From: Antedon mediterranea
Lineage: Eukaryota > Animalia > Echinodermata
Direction: 5' to 3'
Assembly: GCF_964355755.1 (NCBI RefSeq)
Contig: NC_092673.1
Location: 15,720,948 to 15,784,947 of the forward strand
Length of the DNA stretch: 64,000 nt
The position numbers and the translations under genes were made by a program. This document shows, one piece after another, positions 37,801-52,800 of this stretch; the stretch's first letter is position 1, and every line of letters begins with the position of its first letter. The notes under the pieces were generated by a model. It was given only the letters and a program-made list of their open reading frames with translations. It had not been told where the DNA came from and did no database searches.

Positions 37801-40800
37801 CTAATGAGAGCCAAAAAGTTCCCGAAGATTATAGGGATGATCTTATGGGATTCCGAAGACGTATCATCCGGATCCGTCAACAAATAAACGTGCCCCTGAG
37901 GTACATAGTAAACATGGATCAGACAATGGTTCGTTTCGATATGCCGTACGCCGCAACCAACAACGTGCGCGGCGAAAGAAGTATACGAATAAGCAACACC
38001 GGAGCAAAGAAAAAAGGTTTCACAGTCGGTCTAGCCGCTTCCGCCGATGGACATAAGTTACCAGCTGCTATAATTTTTAAGGAACTCAACGGCCGAATCC
38101 CCCCTCGGGTTCGCATGAGGTTGCAAATCCCAGCAAATGTGCGTGTCAGTGCATCACCAAACGGATGGATGCGTACAGAGGAAGTACATCACTGGATCGA
38201 AAATCAACTAGTAAACGTCAGAGACGACGACAATGAAGAACTGTTAATAATATTAGATATATGCAGCTCATAGATCTGTAGCAACCCTTGATTTGCTCGA
38301 AGATTTAAACGTAAGTGTTGTCTTTATACCAGCCGGATGCACTAGTATTTGTCAGCCGATGAACATCAGTGTAAATCGTCCATTTAAATCCACCTTACGT
38401 CGTCTTTGGACTGACTGGATGGAGAATCACGACGAAAGAACGCCACACGGAAACCTGAAGCAGGCTTCCTGTCAGCAAGTCGTGAATTGGGTATCCGAGG
38501 CATGGGAGCAGATTGATCCAGAACTTGTGCGTCGTTCTTTTTTGCGCTGTGGAATATCCAATGCGCTTGATGGATCGGAAGACGACGAATGTTGTGATGA
38601 AATACCAGATTATGATGAAAACGAAGAACTTGAAGATGATCTTGCAGGAATTGTGTTTGCCGACGATGGTGAGGATAGCGATGAAGAATTTGACGGCTTT
38701 GTCTACGATGACAATTAACATTGTTAAGTGAGCTCTGCAAAGTTTCTGTCTGATAAACCATAAGTTGTATTGACATTATGGATTTTTGTTATAATTCCTT
38801 TTTATATTACAGTTTACGGTGATTCTGAAAGTTATTTGAAAATGTTCCAAACTTATCGCTGGTGTTTTTTTTTGCCTGACGTAATATGATTATGTTGTTG
38901 TTCGAAAGTTGCATTTACATTAATGAAGTATGTAGTACTAAGTGACTAAATAAAATTAGACATACGGGTAATTGTGTTTTTTTAGCAACGAATACTGTAC
39001 CTGCAGTATTTTAATTATGTCTATAAAAAACATTGAACATGAATGCTTGCGCCACGCGGTAGCTAGACGGACGGTGATCCAACTTATATTTAACCATTTT
39101 TTGAAAAATCCGTGTACTATAGTACATACATTTTTTCCAAAAAATGGCTGAAAGATAAATTTGGCACACATGCTGTTTCATACATTTCATAGACAAAGAT
39201 CGAAACACAAACTGGTGGCGTATGTAAAAAGTTCTTTGGTGTAAAGCAAACATGGAATGAGTGGACGGATTTCGTAGCCGTCGACCGGAAGCGCGTTGGC
39301 TGGGCCCCAGGCCGGACGTTGGCAGACCCTTTGCCTAAGACGAGGTATTTATTAAAGTCCAATAGCTATATAGTCTAGACTCCAATCAAGTCTGATTTTA
39401 ATACCGAAATATATCTTTAAATAGGCTATTTGGATCATAGGGTAATTGTTCAAATAACACTCATTTTGGTCATAACGGGATGTCATTTTCGGTTCACGTA
39501 CAGGGAAATCTCCGGGTATAGTCCCACCTCCCAAATTCGGCCAAATTTCACGTACAAGGGGGGGGGGGTGGGATTATACCCGGGGAACTACGGTACATGA
39601 TTTTTAATATTGACTTGATAGGATGATCTTTGAATGGTGTAATTAAGTTCTAAGTTAAATACACCTTAGCAACCCCAATTAAAAAACATGTTTTGAAAAA
39701 TAAATTTATGTTAAAAAAAAATTATAAACTTTTAATCACTTTAGACATAATTTAAGGGTTGGTAATTAACTACATTAAGAAATGAATTACCATATAAAAT
39801 AGCAAGAAAAAGTGTATGCCTGAGGACATTTGCATCAAAATGATTCATACCAGTCTACTGCTAATTTTAATTTTCAATGCCAAGATTTATAGGAGATATT
39901 ATACACATCATTCATAAGTTTACTGAAAACACATTTTGTGATGTTTTTTAAAATCATAGCAATTTTATTTCCATGGCTCAGCAATTAAGATAAATGATTT
40001 ATTACATGTGTTTTTTTGTTAAAAGAGGTTCATGCATGTTGTTCGAATTGTTTTTAAAACTTACCAAACAACTCTGTGAACTTAAGATACTAGAAAATGA
40101 GTTCTAAAATTTAAAATTTTATCTAGACAAAAAAACGTTTGTTATATAATTCAGCTAAAATTACATAATATGTTTTTCTTGCAACCTTAATAATTATAAA
40201 ACATTTTTATTACATTTGAAACTGTGACTGCTAGGGACGAATCCAAAAGGATATTTTAGCATGATCCAATTTGTAAAACCTGGTATATCTTTGTCGCTAA
40301 ACCCTGCACTTTGTAATGTATTGAAACAATGTATATAGAGTAAATTAGAAAAAATGTTTATATTTATTATATTCCTATATATTTATTTATAATTTTATGT
40401 ATTGTGAGAGTATATAGAGATTGAATAAATGGCTGAATGCCTCCAAGAAAAAAAAATGTGCACTTAGGAAATGTAAATATTTCATAAGAAACTGGTGTTT
40501 AGAGGTATAGGCCTAGTAGAAACCATTATTTTAACATGGAAACAAACATTTTCTTTTCACATAAGACACCAAAAATTTAAATAAAAGATTATATAGTAAT
40601 AAAGTAAATGCTCAGAGACTGATATTTTTAGAATAATGAACATGCTAGTACATTTCGGCTGTTTTTTTTTGTCACCAATATATAGATTTTAATGAACATT
40701 TTTTTCAGACTTTCACGCATTTTTTTTAAACTCATTTATTTAGTAAATGTACTCCTTTTTATATATTTTGTTGTTGAATTGGTACTTCATAAATGTTTGA

Positions 40801-43800
40801 TTATACATACTTGCTAAATCATTTGCCAAGTAATACCATTTTATGATTCTTTCACTGATTTATTTTTTTTTGGAAAATAAATCAATATTTGTTAATTGTT
40901 CACCATTATACCATAGTATTTAAAATGTATTTAACAAATGTGTGGGTTTAAGGTGAAGCAAAAACAAAATGTATTGTGTTCATCTTCTTCATCAGCTTTA
41001 TATCCATGTAGTGATTCTGATTATAAGTTGTATACAAATTCATTACACACTCCTTTAAAAAGATGATTTTCAGATAATTGCCAGCTATAAGATCCTCTAT
41101 TGTGCATCAAACTATCCATTAAGCCAATCTACCAAAGCATTTTTTTGAAAGATTCATTGTTATTAAGCTGTTACATCCAATCTTAAATGGGTTGCTTTTG
41201 ATGACATGATTTTTATTGTCTGTTTATTACAATTTAATCATCCTCATGATTTAGTTAGATTTTTTTTCTTCCCAATAAATTGCGAATGTAATCATTTAGT
41301 GGAATGAAACAAAGCTTTTATTGTAAGAAAGCCTGCAGAAAAGTTAATTTAATTTGCATCATTTCCAGGTAATTGATTAGGAAGATGCTAAATATGAGCA
41401 TAACTATTTGAAAGTAATGACAAATTTTGTCATTTTAAGTGCAATAATCATGTAAACAATTTGTGTAGACAATTGACCTTCTTTTTTTGAACTTGTATAG
41501 TTGCATTATATAATACAATCTAGTAACTTGAAATTTCCCCTTCAAGCATCTAATGATTTCTCGTTCAAATCTTCACAGGTCGTGACACAACATCAAAATC
41601 TTCTGAGCAAATCGCCAGGGATAAATTACTCCTTGCTAAGTAACGATAATGGATTCTTGAATTTTTACCCCAGTTTTTTTGACCAACGAACGTTAGTGAG
41701 CCGTTTTCAGATCAATAATACAATGCCGAAGACCGTGCAAGTTATAAAGAAACCTGTTCTAAATGTGATGGGTTTGCTTTCTCTGATGGGTAACAAACAG
41801 GTGTATTCATCTGGCTCAGGTGAGCTCACATTATTTTGTTTAGCTCTGTCTACACTATCAAACTAGTTTAACAAAAAAGGTGTGATGTGCCCAAATATAG
41901 TAGTGATATTCCCAAATATAGTAGTGATTCCCAAATATGGAAGTGATATGACATCATCATTCTCACATAAAGTTTGATAGTGTAGAAAAAGCTTTAAATG
42001 ACATTCAACCATAGAGGGCATACTAACTATACACATTGTTCAATAGCGGCGTACTGTTAACGAATAAAAAGCACAGGGATTTACACGCTTATTTTTAATC
42101 AGTCAGTTACAAATTCCCTTGTCACGAAAACAGTACTTAACAAACCCACTATAATAAAGTGTTATCTGTTATGAAATTGTCAGGTGTCTTTTGTGGCTAA
42201 ACTGTTTCAATTTATGGTAATGCAATTAGTTGATCACATTTATGTAAGCCCTTTAATTGGCCCCATTTCTATTTCTGATCAAACTACCCTTTAGCACATC
42301 AGGTATACAGAAATTAAATTTATTGTTAACATTTGCACTTTTATCTACTGTATAATCAAATCCGGACAAAAAACCAAAAACCTAAAATCTCTTATATTTT
42401 TAGAAATGAATTCTATAAATTTAGGAATCACAGTTTGACAGCTAAGTGTGCTCCCTAGACAGCTGACACTAAAAAATACAATATAAAACATAAATTAAAC
42501 TATAATAATGTTAAAATACTACATACTTACAGAAAAAGCAGATATGACCTTTATTACATTTTTTATGCCAAATGCTTACTAACCTAACATTGCATTTGTC
42601 CACTTTAGTAAAGGCAGATAAACATTTTATTGCGTTGTGTAGATGTCATACAGTACAAGGAAGAACCTTATATTACTATAATAAAATTGTAAAGGTTAGA
42701 TGATCAGTGATAAAATAAAACATTCCCTGACAGTAATTCATATATTTCTACTGCTTGTAATAGTATAGATAATCCTTTTATAATAAATAAAGATCAGATT
42801 TCTTTTTTTTCTTATTTTTTAGGAGTTTTATCTGTTAAGGAATAAAATAAAATTGCTTTTGTGTTTATGGGTTAATTTTGACAAAGGTTAAATCCCTTAA
42901 TATGCTCATAACCTTACGTTATTGCTCTCATGTTCAGCACATAAACCTTGTTTTGCGTTGTAATGTATTTCTTTCTAACATAAAATTTAGTACCTAATAA
43001 TAAAATCTTTTCTCTGTTGCAATACATTTGGAAAGGGATGATTTATTTTTACTAATTGTATACTTTGCTTTCCTTAGTATACAAATAGGACAAATAATGA
43101 AAGACACGTTCCTACATTTTTTCAATCTATTTTAAGGTCACAAACTGCATTTTATGTAAATGAAATACTATATGGGCCTATTGCATTAATTTCACCTATT
43201 CAATTTGATCTTAAATATAAGTTGAATTTAATAATTTAAGCAGCCCTCTATAAATACCAGCATGCATTGCGCGCAGATTGATATTATTGTTTTTCTTCTG
43301 TGATTTCTTTTGATCGATCGTAATGGCCAAACGAAATGGAAGAATCATAACTTTTCAGAAAAAATACCGGGTTTTCCCCAATTTGTATTAACGGATTCTA
43401 CCAAATGTTAGTGATATATATGCATTAATATAAAACATCAAAAATTGTAGGGATTATAGTGTCTTTAAATGTTTGAAACTGTTTGTAGTTTACTAAAAAT
43501 GTTTGTGTACATCAGTTTTATTTAACTGTGCAAAGCAATGGCCCACAGTTTTTTTTGTTTTTGTTTTCAGAGTATTTTATCTGTATTTTTTTACTAGAAT
43601 TATAGAGTGAATATAAAATTCTTTGCATGTTGTAGGGCCTTGTGTGTCTTGGTGAGTCATTTTGTCCATTTGATTTATCACTGTCTAACTTGCAATTCCA
43701 TTAACTCTCTCTGGAGGCAATATCTAGTAGAAGGTCCATTAGTATTTTGAGGGTAAACATCCTCGTCGAAGTGAAGCTGTACACTATGCGCAACCACCGA

Positions 43801-46800
43801 TAAATGTCCGAAGTGAAATCCCGCCGATTCCCTTTTAATTCCAGATTGATGGGCTCTATCAATCAGACAGCTGAACTTGTATTTTTCATATAAACCTTAG
43901 CGGTCAGTACATATACACATATAATATATAGTGCCCTAGTTTTGCTGTATGCAAAAATTATCCAAAAACCAAAAAAATCACTAACTTACCATCTGATAAT
44001 TTTTTTTTATACAGTTTTTTATTTGTTTTTTTATATATAGCCTAATTGATTTTAGTGCAAGCGAGAGTGATTTTCATTGTTATAAAAATATTCTCCACAT
44101 TCAACTCATAAACATTCTTTGAATTATTAAATTTGAATGAATAAAATGAAAGTTATTATATTGGCCATCAGTATTCTATAATAGCTGATCGATTTCAATC
44201 AATGGCCGTTGCAAATATGAGGATCATGAAATTTAAATTTACGGTCAATCTACATTTTATTAAATTTGATTCTATTTTCTGACCTAAGAATTAATCTCAA
44301 TAAAAACCTTCATTTGCATTACAAACACAATTTCAAATTAAGCATGACCATTTATTAATGTCATAAAAGGGTAAATTTTGTACAAAACTAAATATCTATA
44401 TTACTATTAATCAGCCTGCTTCTGTACAAAATTAATTTATGACCTATGAAACAATATTTCATAAGCTGTCGGCTCTTGTAGCACCTAGGGAATAGTTCCT
44501 CCTAATTAAAAGTTTATGTATCGATACATATAGAAGTGGAGATAAACATCAATTTCATTGTCATTCCCATAATTATTTTACTAATTACTATCTAATTATA
44601 GTTTATTATTAATTATTGTTGGATATCGCATTTTGTGTTATTACCTTAGGTATAGAATACTATACTCAATACATTGCAGTGTTAAATCGGTGGATAGGCA
44701 TTATTCATTTTGCCCATTTGGATGTATTAGTACCTGAGGCTCGAACCTTTGACCTCAAAATTGCAAGCAAATAGACACAGCGACGACATGAATTTTTTCT
44801 TTTTGCACGGTCTTTGACTGAAAAAAGATTGACAATGACATTTTGATGTCTTCATTATTCGTTTGAAGAGTAAGAAATTTAGATACAGATTTCTATGTTT
44901 CTACAAATTATGTAGTTACACTTGTTAGAAGTCGACAGAAAAGTAGTAAACAATGACACCAACATACTGCACCACTGGTGATTGCAGAAGTGGAAAATAT
45001 TTCATGTCAGACTGTGAATGAAAATGCGAGATTTCAAAATGTTTTTTATAATAACCATACATGCCTATTGTTTTCTTTTGTTCTATTTTCATCATTCTGT
45101 TTTCCTCCCATTTCATAATAATTTTTGGTTTTTGGTCCTATTGCGATAACTTCTTCCATCTTTAAATGGTTAAAAGTGTGAAAAATAAGTCGATTCTAAT
45201 AAGTAAGCAGTCCGCTACAAATACCAGAATGCATCAAATAAGGATTGATATTTTCATGTTGTAAAACTTTCGATCGATTGTGAAAGGGTAACATATAAAA
45301 GAAAATATCAGCGAAATTACAAGGTTTTGCCAATTTGTATTAACAGATTCTGCCAAAAAAGGAAAGGCAATTAATTAAGCAATGAGACAACGCCGGGCTA
45401 GGCCTACAGGTAGTGTACGATGTTCCAATGTTCCGATCTTTACTAGCTTGAACTACACAACTAAGCCTAGCTAAGCTAGGCCTAAGACCGTCCATGAGAG
45501 GAAATTTGATGCGAGCTACTTAGGTAGTGCATTTTTTCCTCTTTTTAACATAATTAACCATAAAACTTACACAAGGAATGACCTGGTTTAATGTTTTTAA
45601 AGTAATATATTATATGCATTATTTTTACAAAATGTCTAGTGTCTTACTATTTCCTTCAGTAATGGTAATTTTTTTTTATATATTTTGTTTACTCTCTTTT
45701 ATGATTGTATAGTCTGTCAGACAGTTGTTTTTCTCTTTTGAGCTTTTAGTTTTGATTAATTACAATACTCAAGTGTTTTTAATTTCATTCAGAATTTCAA
45801 GGTCATGTATTACCTGTTGCCCTTCCAAAACAATTGCTGCCTGTAGAGTATTTTTTTCTCTTTTATTTTATTTGATGATATTTAATATTATAAGCAATTG
45901 AAGTTTGTAATTAATTACTTCTTATAGCTCTGCATGCATCATATGTTTCATTTTTCCATGAAATGAAATGTTTAATCATTGTTTATAATTAAAGTTTGTA
46001 ATTAAAGTTTTAGCATACACTGTATTGGTTAGTTATTTTGACACATTTCATCTGTTTTGTTTTTTTTAAATTACGTGAAGCTTCCTCTAGTGTAATATGC
46101 TAACTACAATACAAGTTTATAAGCGTTGTAGGACCTAAAATAATATTCACATAAACTGCATAAATGATCAAATAAGTGCATTTCTTGAAGTTTGAGCGTC
46201 TGTTGAAGCTCATTTAAATTGTAATGTTTAAAATTATTTTTTGATATTATTTGTAAAGCAAGTTCTAGGTAATGTGGCAATCACTAGCTGTATGTATGCC
46301 ATTAAACCAATGACTTATCTGACTATGCACTTAAGCTTACATATTCAATACCAACCACTGCAGTTCTTTATAAAATACATCTTTTTGAAGCAAACGCTTA
46401 TTCCACTAATTTGACTGCAGTGCGTGTTCAACTGCATTGCTTATTTGGGCTCTGTTCCATTCAACTGAGCCACTTATTCCTGACTGCAGCCCTTATTTGA
46501 CTGGGAACGGTTATATTCAACTGAGCACTTATTCCTGACTGCAGCATTTATTTGACTGCAGCATTTGTTTAACTGCATTGCTTATTGGAATCGGTTCCAT
46601 TCAACTGAGCCACTTATTCCTGACAGCAGCACTTATTTGACTACAGTGCTTATTCTTCTCGCATCACTATGTGAGCTCTGTTCCATTCAACTAAGCCACT
46701 TATTCCTGACTGCAGCCCTTTTTTGACTGCAGCACTTGTTTAACTGCATTGCTTATTGGGCTCTACTCCATTCAACTGAGCCACTTATTCCTGACAGCAG

Positions 46801-49800
46801 CCCTTTTTTGACTGCAGCACTTGTTTAACTGCATTGCTTATTGGGCTCTGCTCCATTCAACTGAGCCACTTATTCCTGACTGCAGCACTTTTTTGACTGC
46901 AGCACTTGTTTAACTGGATTGCTTATTGGGCTCTGCTCCATTCAACTGAGCCACTTATTTCTGACTGCAGCACTTGTTTAACTGCATTGCTTATTGGGCT
47001 CTGTTACATTCAACTGAGTGACTTATTCCTGACTGCAGCCCTTTTTTGACTGCAGCACTTTTTTAAGTGCAGCGCTTATTCTACTCGCATCACTATGTGA
47101 GCTCTGTTCCATTCAACTGAGCCACTTATTTTTGATTGCAGCGTTTTCTTGACTGAAGCACTTGTTTAACTGCATTGCTTATTGGGATCGGTTCCATTCA
47201 ACTGAGCCACTTATTTCTGACAGCAGCCCTTTTTTGACTGCAGCACTTGTTTAACTGCATTGCTTATTGGGCTCTGTTACATTCAACTGAGCGACTTATT
47301 CCTGACTGCAGCCCTTTTTTTACTGCAGCACTTTTTTAAGTGCAGCGCTTATTCTACTCGCATCACTATGTGAGCTCTGTTCCATTCAACTGAGCCACTT
47401 ATTCTTGATTGCAGCGTTTTCTTGACTGAAGCACTTGTTTAACTGCATTGCTTATTGGGATCGGTTCCATTCAACTGAGCCACTTATTTCTGACAGCAGC
47501 CCTTTTTTTACTGCAGCACTTGTTTAACTGCATTGCTTATTGGGCTCTGCTCCATTCAACTGAGCCACTTATTCTTGATTGCAGCGCTTTCTTGACTGAA
47601 GCACTTGTTTAACTGCATTGCTTATTTGGATCAGTTCCATTCAACTGAGCCACTTATTCCTGACTGCAGCACTTGTTTAACTGCATTGCTTATTGAGCTC
47701 TGTTACATTCAACTGAGCCACTTATTCTTGATTGCAGCGCTTTCTTGACTGAAGCACTTGTTTAACTGCATTGCTTATTTGGATCAGTTCCATTCAACTG
47801 AGCCACTTATTCCTGACTGCAGCACTTGTTTAACTGCATTGCTTATTTGGATCAGTTCCATTCAACTGAGCCACTTATTCCTGACTGCAGTCTTTTTTTG
47901 ACTACAGTTTTTATTTGACTGCAGTGCTTCTTCTTTATCATTCACTTGGGGAGCTCTGTTCCATTCAACTGAGCCACTTATTTTACTGCTGTGCTTATTT
48001 GTCTGCAGCACTTATTATTAACTTCAGGGCTTATTGGGCATGCTTATTCAACTGCAGCTCATATTCATTTATCATACAGTATTCACCAGTATTGATTTGA
48101 TGTCTGGGCTGGATCATTGTAATAAGATATTTATGGTACAAATATGTAACTCATCAATAACTTCATGTGTATAACAATACAGAATGACAGCTAATAAAAA
48201 TACAAATAACATAACAGTGTTTTTTACTGTCAGTACAGACAATAAAAGAGTAAACTTTAAAGGAGGAGCTATGTCGTTTATTAAATATGTACTTTTATTT
48301 ATAGTCAATTTCAAATTGTTCTTTGAACTTGGTAAACTTAAGTGTGACTATATGCCTATTAAAACAGTTTGAGTGAACAGTTTATATAGTACTAATCCTT
48401 CTACTGGGTACAAACATACTGCACTTCTCTCTAATGGTCTTGGATAGCCAAAGAGGTACTGTATTAATAGGTGCCATAATTGTAATTACACATAATGCCT
48501 CTGAGAATATTTTGACAATACATCTATATAGCAAAAACATAATATTTTTACTAAACTCGTAAACTTCTCTCTCCATTTAAGCTTTGGTACCATTTGATTT
48601 CCTCTTACCAATTCAGCTATGTCAGAACAATCATATCAGAAAGATTCACTAATTAGATGGTCTCTGTCCATACTGGATGGGGATAACTGCTTGTTTTGTT
48701 GTTTTATACTTCAAAATGTTTAACTTTTTTTCCCAGTTTTTAAAAAAATCTGATTTATTTAACGTCAACTTTAATGTAGAGAGCTCATGTTTTGAGTTTA
48801 ATTCAACAACTCAAACCGTTTAAGACTCAATATTTATAACGACTAAATCAAGTGAAGAAGAGTATTTTCTGACATCATAAAAATATTTATCTATCAGGCA
48901 ACAATACCTTATTATCTATTGACAATTGATAACATTTTAAAACTATGTTTGACAAATTTCTAAAAGTATTTATAGTTTTTAATAAGTGAAACCCATACTT
49001 AAGTACCTGTGCAAGTAAATATTTGTTGTTTAAAAATAGATTATACTATTGGTCTAAGAAATTAATTTCATTATTTATTTTTGTAATGTATTGAATAATA
49101 TATCCAATATGCTCTTGTAGAATATGCAATGAAACAATAAGCATATTAAAACCCAGGAGCAAATAAGAATAGGAGATGATATTTCCATGGGTAAAACAAC
49201 CTTTAGTATCTACCACCTTTTAGTATAAACCCATAGAGACTAAATGATAATCACAAGATAAGATTGCAATTTGATGATTGTTTGGTTCATCAACTCCTTC
49301 AAGAGTATTATATTTATTAAATACATTTCCATAAACCGGCCCCAACTATCCTAATGATGTTTTGAAACATTAACGATAAATTTCTAAACCACCCCCACCC
49401 CCTCCTAAAAAAAAAGAAAACTAAAGATTTGTTATAAATTATATAAATTGGCTGTTCCACAAAAAAATAAAAGAAAAATAAACTGTTAAATTTAATCATA
49501 GTGGGCATCCGGTTGACTATGTTTGTCTTTAAATTACAATGTTTCCAGGTAATTATTTTTGTTTTTCAATCCAATTTGAGTGAATTAAAAAAGTGAATGT
49601 GAAATTAAAAACAACTTTGTTTTCCTTGAACTTGTAAGTAATTTCTGTGGGTGGTTGCGATGTTTACAACATTAATTAATTAAATTTATTGTACAAATTT
49701 CAATGAATGTCAATATGAACGGAAGGTAGAGAAATTAAATAGATAGACACATAAATCCTCTGGCTGTTTTATTTTATTGTTTTGAATTTAAGCTTTTATT

Positions 49801-52800
49801 TTTATCTCAGTTGAGATAAAACCATTGATACCCACAGCATTGTCATTATTTGAGTAACCTTACCATCAACTTTCTATTATATTTAAAGTCATGGTATACC
49901 CAGGTAAGAGTGACTGGTATATCTAATAAATTAAATCACTGAGAAAATTAGTATGCACATGTGATAATTTTACAATCAAGTACGAGTTGTGAATAATAAT
50001 AAAGTTTATATAAACTTAATTACTCCTGTACAATGGTTAAATTACAATAATGATCACTACCAGCATATAGATAATATGCCATTATTCATTTTTCCTGTAT
50101 TAAAAGATTTGACAAACTTAACCCTAGACACTATATAAAAATATCTAGCAATTGTCTGTCTCTATATTGAATTGCATAATTTTACATTTTTGTTCAATAA
50201 TATCTGCTCAACTTACTAGCTTTAAACACATATAATGATTAGTTTAAGTAAATTCAATGTGATATATTTAAGAATATCCTGTCTAGATTTATAGCAGGTG
50301 CATCTGGCAGACGATCCCCTCATTTTGAGTGTTTTTCTAAGATAATAGAACAATAACAGAACATAATTTAATACTTTACTAGATTAAAGTGAAGTGACAT
50401 TTATTTTATTGTTCAATAACAAGACTAGGTATACAGAAACATGTACAGCTATAGCCACTCCGATAGTTCATACCTCTACCTGCTGTAAAATTCTCCTACA
50501 AGATTTCTCCGGGGAAAAATTGTATATAATTGTGTGTGTGTAATGCTGTGTGCAAAGTATAGAAATAATAATTGTTTTAGGCATAATAACAATTGAATTA
50601 GAAGGCAATCTTTGTCTCACTGGGATTGTTTTTACTAAATAAATGAGAAGAAAAAAATTAGTGGTTTACTCTTCCAATGGATAGGCACCATGTAATTACC
50701 ATTCTAACATAAGCAAAAAAGATATAATGAAAATTATAAGTTTTCATGTGATGTAGGAGATAAAGCAACAAATTTTTAATATTAATATAGTATTTAAACA
50801 TTAATTTTTTCGATATACAATTTAAAATAGATTTGGATTGGTAAAACATTGTAGATGTTCTGTAACATTTTATATTGACGTTTTGATAAAATAAATTTGA
50901 ATTGTATTTTGAACTGTAAATGTTATTCAATGAAAAATGGGCATGTCGAAAATGTAAGAGAAAAGGACTAACATCATTCAATTACAAATGACATTGCAGT
51001 TAAGACTTCAAGGCAAAATAGAAAAAAACCAGCAGCGAATAATATGTATGAAGATTGTTATTCACACATACAACCTGATCATGTTTTTCTTAAAAATACA
51101 GGGTTTTTACCAGTGCTCATAAAACAGTAAAAAATGCCGTATTATTATTCATATCTGCAATATATTATTGCAACTGTAAAATTCACCTGTCTTCTTCAGC
51201 CCATATCGTCCTGCCACTTACTCTGTAGTTGTTTGTTGTTGTTTTGATTGATAATGATAATAAAGAATAAAAATATCGTCCTACTGCTGGGCAAAGGCCT
51301 CTCCCAACTTTTGCCAGCTGTTCCTGTCTTTTTTGTAAATCTTGGCCATGCTGTGGTACCAGTCGGTCTTTTATCTCGAAAGAGTTCTACCCCTCTTTGT
51401 TTTTATGGTTGCCACTCCGTTTTCAAATGTGTCCATCTACCATCATGTATCCTTCCTAGATGCCCTGGCAACCTTCATTTTGAATATTTTGCTGTCTTTA
51501 CTGCATCATTCACTTTTGTTTGTTCTCTGACCCATTTGTTGGTTTTCATGTCCCTCCTCGTTTACCCAAGCATCATTCTTTCCATGCTTCTTTGTGTGGT
51601 TTGAATTTTCCTTTCCATTTACTTATTCCATACCCATGTTTCATTTCATGTCATAGCCGGCTGAATGAATTGATTGTAAAAATATCTAAATATAAATGGA
51701 ATACAAAAAAGCTGGATATAAGATAAAGATGCTAAATTTTATATTTGATAAACTGAGATATGGTCACTGGTACTGTAATAGGTGTTGACTTATGGTTTCT
51801 CTAATGATTCCACCAGACTTTTTATTCCATCATCTAAAAGGAAAGCTGGTGATAATTCTTCTGTCTCTGCATCTGGAATGACGTGCTACCTGTTGAAAGA
51901 GCAACAAATTTGGCACCTCTGTTTAAGCGCCATCCTATAACTTTTCTTTTTATCAAGTAGTTTAAGTATTAGGTACTCTGTTCTTGGTAGGGCGCCATAT
52001 AAAAGCTTAATCAGATTAAAACGGAAATTAATTTACGTGTCATTTCAATCCATTACAGTGGTTCAAAAGTCTTCGGTAAAAGATATTGCTACATAGTATG
52101 ACATTAAATTTCACTATTTTTTACAAATTATTTTTAGTTTTTGAAAAAACTATAAATGTGGAACACTTACTTAGACATTTTGAACTGTAATATAGTTCAT
52201 TATCAGCTAAGTGCTATTAATGTATATAAATCACAATCCCAATTACATGTATACAAATTAAGGCATATTATCCATCTCAATTTCAAACTAAAAAACGTTT
52301 CTCATTTTTCAAATTTTCTTAAACCTTTGGAAAAAACTGTCAATAATAACTGAAACTGACAGAAAGCCCGCTTGAAAAATGTCTTCCGGTTGGTTTTTAT
52401 TTTCTTTTTGATTTGAAGTTAATGGTCTCCCAAATACATTGATCTTTTATCAGATATGTAAAATGGGGAGATGTTATATTGAAGCTAGATTTAAGACTAG
52501 AATGCGATGAATCACGTGTAATTGCCTCTTCTGGGATTTAGCTGGCCATAAGTGGCCAAGTAATTGGTTGAATGTTTTGACACTGCAATGTGTCTGAAGA
52601 TACAATATTGTTGCGAATCTTTATACTTAAATGACAGATTGTTCAGTTTTGTTGGAGTGGCATTAGGATGATCAGTTTAATCACCAGAAATCATGTTTGC
52701 GGCGTGATACTTTTGATAATTATGGAAAATTATACAAATCTAGTTGACTTCAATTAGTTAGACAATACATAAAAATGAACAGTATTAATACAATTTGATA

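Larger units (their letters stand above)
36295..39593 (+). mobile_element. Full-length pogo-family (Tc1/mariner superfamily) DNA transposon, inactive
   Basis: TA|ccgtagttcc..gggtataatcccacc ... ggtgggattatacccggggaactacgg|TA TIRs and TA TSD; internal transposase. Confidence 0.9.

Noticed and set aside
46410-48050. CRISPR-like regularly repeated array
   Set aside because: No unique spacers, no cas genes, eukaryotic intron; it is a satellite.
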